Origin: Diplonema japonicum
Lineage: Eukaryota > Protista > Euglenozoa: Diplonemea
Assembly: GCA_964019335.1 (NCBI GenBank)
Contig: OZ025653.1
Location: 620,001 to 684,000, forward strand
DNA: 64,000 bases
Reading direction: 5' to 3'
Shown: piece after piece, positions 58,821 through 64,000 of the stretch
Layout of the letters: each line of letters opens with the position of its first letter
Position numbering within the stretch: the first letter of the stretch is position 1
Made by a program: the position numbers and the translations under genes
The notes under the pieces: model-generated
Databases searched by the model: none
Seen by the model: only the letters and a program-made list of their open reading frames with translations
What the model was told of the DNA's origin: nothing

Positions 58821-59431
58821 TTTTTTTTTCTTTCCTTTTTTTTTTTTTCTTCTTATTAATATTAGGCAGATTGAAGAACAGCATATAAGTTTTTTTTGGG
58901 GGGGGAGGGGGGATAACTGAACCAATAATAATAATAACCTTGTCGTTTATACCAATTGTGTTTTTTTTTAAAGAAAGAATGAGGAAGAAAGGGGAAGCAG
59001 TGAGAAAGGAAAAGAGAAAAAAAGAAGAAGGGAAAAAAGCGAAAGAAAACCACGAGCATTTCAAAGCCCCCCCCCCTCCCCTGTCACATTTTCTTTTTTT
59101 TTTTGACTTCAACTTTTTTTTCTTCCATTTTACTTCGCATTTTCTTTTTTTTGGGGGGGGGAAAGGAAAACTGCCCACATTTTTGTTGCCCGTTCCATAC
59201 CTATTCCCCCTCCTCCCTTCTCTTTTTTTTTTATTTTTCATTTTAATTTTTTTTTTCCTGCATTCCCTCGCACATTATGTTTAAAAAAGAGGGGGGAAAG
59301 AGGAACGGCGGAGCGGTCTTTTTTTTTTTTTTTTTCCTCCCCTTTTTTGTTTCCCTCCCCCTTTCTCCCCACCAACATAGATATATATAATAGGAGAACT
59401 CTATCGTCGTGCGTGGTCAATGCACTTCTTC

Positions 59432-59458
<27 letters not shown>

Positions 59459-59462
<4 letters not shown>

Positions 59463-60149
59463 GAAGCAGGAATATGAATGTCAGTTGTGGTGTTGGAAGG
59501 GTTATGTAAAGTGAGCTCTCGATCAGACCACACGGCAGGGTCCATAGGTACTTTTACTTTCAGGTGCAGCTGGGTGAGCGGTGTGCCAACAGCCAAGGCT
59601 AGATAGAAGACCACTACAAGAGAGGCAGGGATGGCATGAGAGAGGCTGTCGGTTGATTCGAAATTCTTTGCGATGCCGCCTACTGCCCCTACGAGGGCCA
59701 GAGCTCCAGACACCTTCAACCCCCACCTCCAGAAAAACGGAACGGCCTGCTTCTCATTGTCATTTATCTTCTTCTCCAGCAGCCTTGCTGCGCTGTCCCT
59801 CGGCTTGCCACGCCAGAAACACCCGACTACACATTGGCAGAATACTGTTTTTTTTTTTTTTTTAAAGTTTATTTTAGTTTTACATACCTGCCAAAGGTAT
59901 TGCACCCCGGACTAAGAACAAGTCCAATTCTGTCAACATTTTGTACCCGATACTGGTTTTTTTTTTTTTTTTTTTCTTCCCGTTTTCCCTCTCTACAATA
60001 CCTTCCAAAGGCAAACGCCAGTGATCCCAAAAACGCACCCGTGCAAGCCACCGAAGCAAGGGCCCACGACGGTGTGTTCGTGAACAGATCTCGGAGCATC
60101 CCGAACAACGCGAGCGCCCACGCGTGCAAGGAGATCAAGCCCTTTAAAA

Positions 60150-60191
<42 letters not shown>

Positions 60192-61263
60192 CATCCCCCT
60201 TTCCCCTCCTTCATACCAAAAGCATAGGCGACATAAACAACGCAACTGCCAAGTAGTTACCAGTAGTGTCCCCCATGGTGGCTGTGGCTGCAGCTAAGGC
60301 TTCGAAGGTAACTGCATAGCCGGGTGTCCCGTTCCGGATGAGGTCGGGGATGGTGTTGTGTTGTGTTTTGGACAGCACGTGGCCCAACGATCCAAAAACG
60401 GCAAGCCCGGTGATCAATGAAGCACCCAACACAGCCATGACCACATGCTTGGAGTGCTTCACGATGTCCCGCGAGCGTTCGTTGAAACTACCAAACCCAA
60501 CAAGCACGGCACACCCCACATTACAACTGAAAATTGCCTGCGTGATGGCATCAAGGAAGATTTCAAGATCGAGGTTGCGGGTGGGCTTTAAAAACTCCAC
60601 CATGCCATCGACAGCCCCGTCCAGGTTGACTACTGTGTAGAGAAGGAGCCACATCTGCGACACGAAGCCGAACAGACATGCGCACAGCACTACGTGCATT
60701 GAGGCCGTCGTTCCCTCAAGTGATAGAAAGAACAACCCCAACCACACAGCAACTAAACACGCTATTATCTGGTATGACACCTCCGAGGACCCACTCTCGG
60801 ACACGCTGTGCGTGAAGTGGTACATCTCCACCTCCAGCCCCACTGCGGGGACACCATTGCGTTCGAAGAAACCATCATCGATGGTCCAAGGGAGCGGGGT
60901 GAACAACGCTTCCCAAAAGTATAAACAAGCATACGACAGCACCGCCGAATAGCACCAAGCGGACGCCAAGGCAAGCCATCCTGCTCCTATGCCGATTCCT
61001 GAGGCGTGTGGTTCGAGCTTCTTGAAGGCGTCCTTCGCTCCGTTTTGTTTAACCTGACCCAGGCCTAGCTCAAAGAGCATCATGGGCCACCCTACCACCA
61101 CCACTGCCACCGCGTACAACCAGAAGAAGCTGCCGCCATGGTACGCTGCAACCCAAGGCAGCCTTAGCAGTGTGGATATCCCGCACCCTGCTGCCCCCAT
61201 CATCACAAGGAAGCTTAACGGGCTTCTCCATCGTTCTCTGTCACCCCCCGTGTGATAGTCCAT
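59459..61263 (-). CDS. Sodium:neurotransmitter symporter (NSS/SNF) family transporter, 3 introns
   Basis: RERW, RLPW...GG.F...Y, P....ELGLGQ, DA.TQ..FS, GSFN motifs; the 5' start is uncertain. Confidence 0.85.
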
Positions 61264-62262
61264 TCCCAACGCCGGGGGCACTTGCCCCTCCTGTGGTGGG
61301 GTATTGGGGATTTGTAACAGAATTTAAAAGGAAAAAAAAAGGACCACAACGGAAGGGAAAAAAAAAAAGAAAAAAAAAAGAGCAGCTGTGATTTGTTAAA
61401 AAAAGGGGAAGAAAGGTGAATTATCCTGCCGCTTAGGGAAGGACAAGAAAAAGAGCTGCAGAAAAAAAAAAAAAAAAAAAAAAAGGAAAAAAAAAGAAGA
61501 AGAAAAAGTGGGGAAATGGGAAGCTAATAATCATTATTCTTGGGGGGGGGGGAAGAAGAAAAAAAATCGCTGGGCTCGTTCCCTTACTGGGAGCTTAGGT
61601 TTCCCCCAGGTTTTTTTTTTTCTCTATCGTAATTGTGGACTAGGAGGAGACAGAGTCGAAGGGGAAGTGGGGTTGCTGAAGGGTTTCTTTTTTTTCATTT
61701 TTCCTTCTTTTTTTTCTTCTACCTAAAATACGAGGCAACAGAGTGTCCGAGCCCCGACTTTTGTCCTCTCTCACTCTCTCTTTTTCCACAAGCCCCCACA
61801 ATGTCCCTATGACATCTACGTCCCTTTTCTACAGCAGCACAGAATGCCTCGAACAGAAAAAAACAGAAAAAAGAATGACCGTATGCAGATGAGCATGCAT
61901 TGGGACTCCTTTTTTTTGTTGTAAAAATCTGTATGAGTTTCTTGCCACTTTTGAGGTCCAGTTGCTGTCAGTACGGCTGGGTTACTTGCGATAAGCTTTT
62001 TTTTTTTTTTTTTCCGTTCATTCTTTTTTTTTTTTTTTTTTGTTCATTCCTCTTTGGAGGAAAGAAAGAGGGAAACATGGCCACAACATTAGCATAGACG
62101 CAAGAAGCCATTGTGCTGTGCACGCCTGCAGCAATGCTACAGACAGCTCCGCTGGTTTCGAAGTGCCTAGCAGTAACACACGGACACGGGCAAGCGGAAG
62201 TGGGGACGTGGCTAGTTGCAAGGAAAAGGGTTTGAAAAGAATACAAGAGGGGGAAAGGAAAG

Positions 62263-64000
62263 TTAGATCTTAGGGTCGAAGAAGGCCATGTCTTTAACGG
62301 GCGACCTCTTCACAACCTTTGCTGGAATGCCTGCCACTGTGCAGTATGGGTCAACAGCCTTGTTCACGACAGCGGAGGCGGCCACGACACACCCGTTCCC
62401 AATCTTGATGTTGCCCAACACCTGGCAGTGCGCCCCGAGGATTACTTCGTCTCCGATTTTGGGATGCCTATCGCCGCCTACCTTCCCAGTGGCACCCAAT
62501 GTAATGTCATGCAAGAATTGCACGTTCCGCCCTACCACAGCCGTGCTGCCAATGACCAGCCCTGTCCCGTGGTCCACGGTGATGCCTTTCCCTATCGTTG
62601 CCTGCGGGTGGATGTCAACAGCGTAGGCGGCAGAACAGCATGACTGGAACAGCAGTGCCAGCCACTCGTTCCCCTCCTTCCACAACGCGTTGGCTATCCT
62701 GTGACAGGTGGTGGCGTGGTGCCCTTTGTAGAACAGAAACTGTGTGACGTATTTGAAGTCCGAAGCAGCAAGTGCTGCATCTATGACACTGTAGCGGTAG
62801 CAGTCGACGGCTATCTCCTCCAGCACTACGGGGTTGCGCTGCAGGCATTGAGCTGCGAGTCTCGTTAAGTCCACACCCTTCACATTGCTGAGTGCAGGGC
62901 CTAGTGAGTCCGCCACAGCGAAGGCCATGTTCGGCTGGTGGAGGATTCTGCTGTTAAAAAACCCTTGCAGCTCAGGCGACTGGCGTGCTGCCAACTGCGC
63001 CTCCTGCAACAGTGACTTCCACACGATGTCCGCGGTGGGGTCCAGCGATTCATCGTGAGCACCGATGTGGGTCACGGGCAGATTCTTGCAGTCCTCTTGT
63101 AAATGGCCAAACACATCCTCCGACAGGTACCTGTCACCGTAGTCGGTGACCAATGTGACGATTAGCTTGTTGCCGTTCTCAGGTCGCCTTGCTAATATCT
63201 TGGCACCCGCCACCAGTGCACCTGCAGATACACCTGCAAAGATACCCTCCTCGGCAGGGAGCCTGAGGGTCATCTCGTTGGCCTCCGCTTGTGTGACGGT
63301 GATGATCTCGTTGATGAAGGACTCGTCGATCCAAGACGATGCCTCGTGCGTGTCGATCATCTTCCCGTCGCGGAAGACGGGGTTCGCAGCAGACTGCACA
63401 GCGACAACCTTACAAGCACCGTTGCTCTTTTCCTTGAAGTACCTTCCGAGGCCTGCAAGCGTGGCACCGCTTTCAATGGGCACCACCACGTAGTCCGCCA
63501 TCCCGCGTGTCATCTCTGTGATCTCAGGGCCGGTGGTTTCATAGTGCACGTGGCATGCCGACTGGTTCTCCAGCTGGTTGAGGAACAGCGCCTTGCGTCC
63601 CGGGGTAGCGTTGATCTGCTGTGCTTGGTGCATGGCAAGGTAGCTGGCACCTGTCTTGCCTCTGGAGGCAGGGGTGAGGTGCAGTTCTGCGCCGTACGCC
63701 CTGATGCAGACACGCTTCTCGATGGACTCTGTCTCAGGCATGAAGAGGATAAGCTTGTACCCCTTCGACGCGCAGATCATGGCAAGCGACGTCCCTATGT
63801 TCCCTGTGGTCGCCTCCACGATGGTGACGCTGCGGTCCAGCAACCCTGCATGCTCCGCATCGCTGAGCATCGCTAGGGCTGCACGGTCGGAGCTGGACTT
63901 CCCTGGGTTTTCGCACTCCATCTTCAGGGCAATCCGCGCAGGTTGCCCCCTAGAGATCTTGTTAAGGTAGATCATGGGTGTCTTGCCAATGCAGGAACGA
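62263..64000 (-). CDS. cysK-cysE: Cysteine synthase-like domain fused to serine O-acetyltransferase (5' end outside the window)
   Basis: IGKTP...LKMECENP, IVEATTGN, HYETTGPEI, D.G.RYLS (CysK fold), then YKGHHA..HR.A, DIHP.A.IG.G..DHGTG, DRHPKIG, GIPAK (SAT); ends FFDPKI*. Confidence 0.93.
   Translation of the reverse strand, partial: RSCIGKTPMIYLNKISRGQPARIALKMECENPGKSSSDRAALAMLSDAEHAGLLDRSVTIVEATTGNIGTSLAMICASKGYKLILFMPETESIEKRVCIRAYGAELHLTPASRGKTGASYLAMHQAQQINATPGRKALFLNQLENQSACHVHYETTGPEITEMTRGMADYVVVPIESGATLAGLGRYFKEKSNGACKVVAVQSAANPVFRDGKMIDTHEASSWIDESFINEIITVTQAEANEMTLRLPAEEGIFAGVSAGALVAGAKILARRPENGNKLIVTLVTDYGDRYLSEDVFGHLQEDCKNLPVTHIGAHDESLDPTADIVWKSLLQEAQLAARQSPELQGFFNSRILHQPNMAFAVADSLGPALSNVKGVDLTRLAAQCLQRNPVVLEEIAVDCYRYSVIDAALAASDFKYVTQFLFYKGHHATTCHRIANALWKEGNEWLALLFQSCCSAAYAVDIHPQATIGKGITVDHGTGLVIGSTAVVGRNVQFLHDITLGATGKVGGDRHPKIGDEVILGAHCQVLGNIKIGNGCVVAASAVVNKAVDPYCTVAGIPAKVVKRSPVKDMAFFDPKI

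Overview
Eukaryotic nuclear DNA, not prokaryotic. About 27 protein-coding genes all lie on the minus strand, with no supported plus-strand gene. They carry very short GT-AG introns (mostly about 33-60 nt; donors GTATG/GTATT/GTGTG), and the spacers are dominated by A, T, G and C homopolymers. This layout best fits a polycistronic, trans-splicing euglenozoan such as a diplonemid (inference). Genes recognised: TMEM39, class I aminotransferase, TPS/TPP, a clan CD (C13-like) peptidase, PAXX plus an adjacent paralog with an inserted C2H2 finger, MAPEG, a claudin-like protein, an O-fucosyltransferase-like protein, a divergent PCNA-type clamp, presenilin, CENP-X/MHF2, a DnaQ-like exonuclease, a PIN-like protein, ELO elongase, mL49, TM9SF, a DUF676-like hydrolase, a PAN/mucin receptor, an FLVCR-like MFS, an NSS transporter, and a cysteine synthase-serine acetyltransferase fusion whose synthase half lacks the PLP lysine. 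Non-coding features: a box C/D snoRNA cluster at 2-550; a CRISPR-looking tandem array of nine snR38-type C/D snoRNAs with a constant scaffold and a variable second guide (10935-12027); MULE, piggyBac and MITE/foldback elements; three families of short dispersed repeats; a (GAAAA)n satellite; and a 200-N gap. Exon boundaries and family calls were made by eye, with no database searches.
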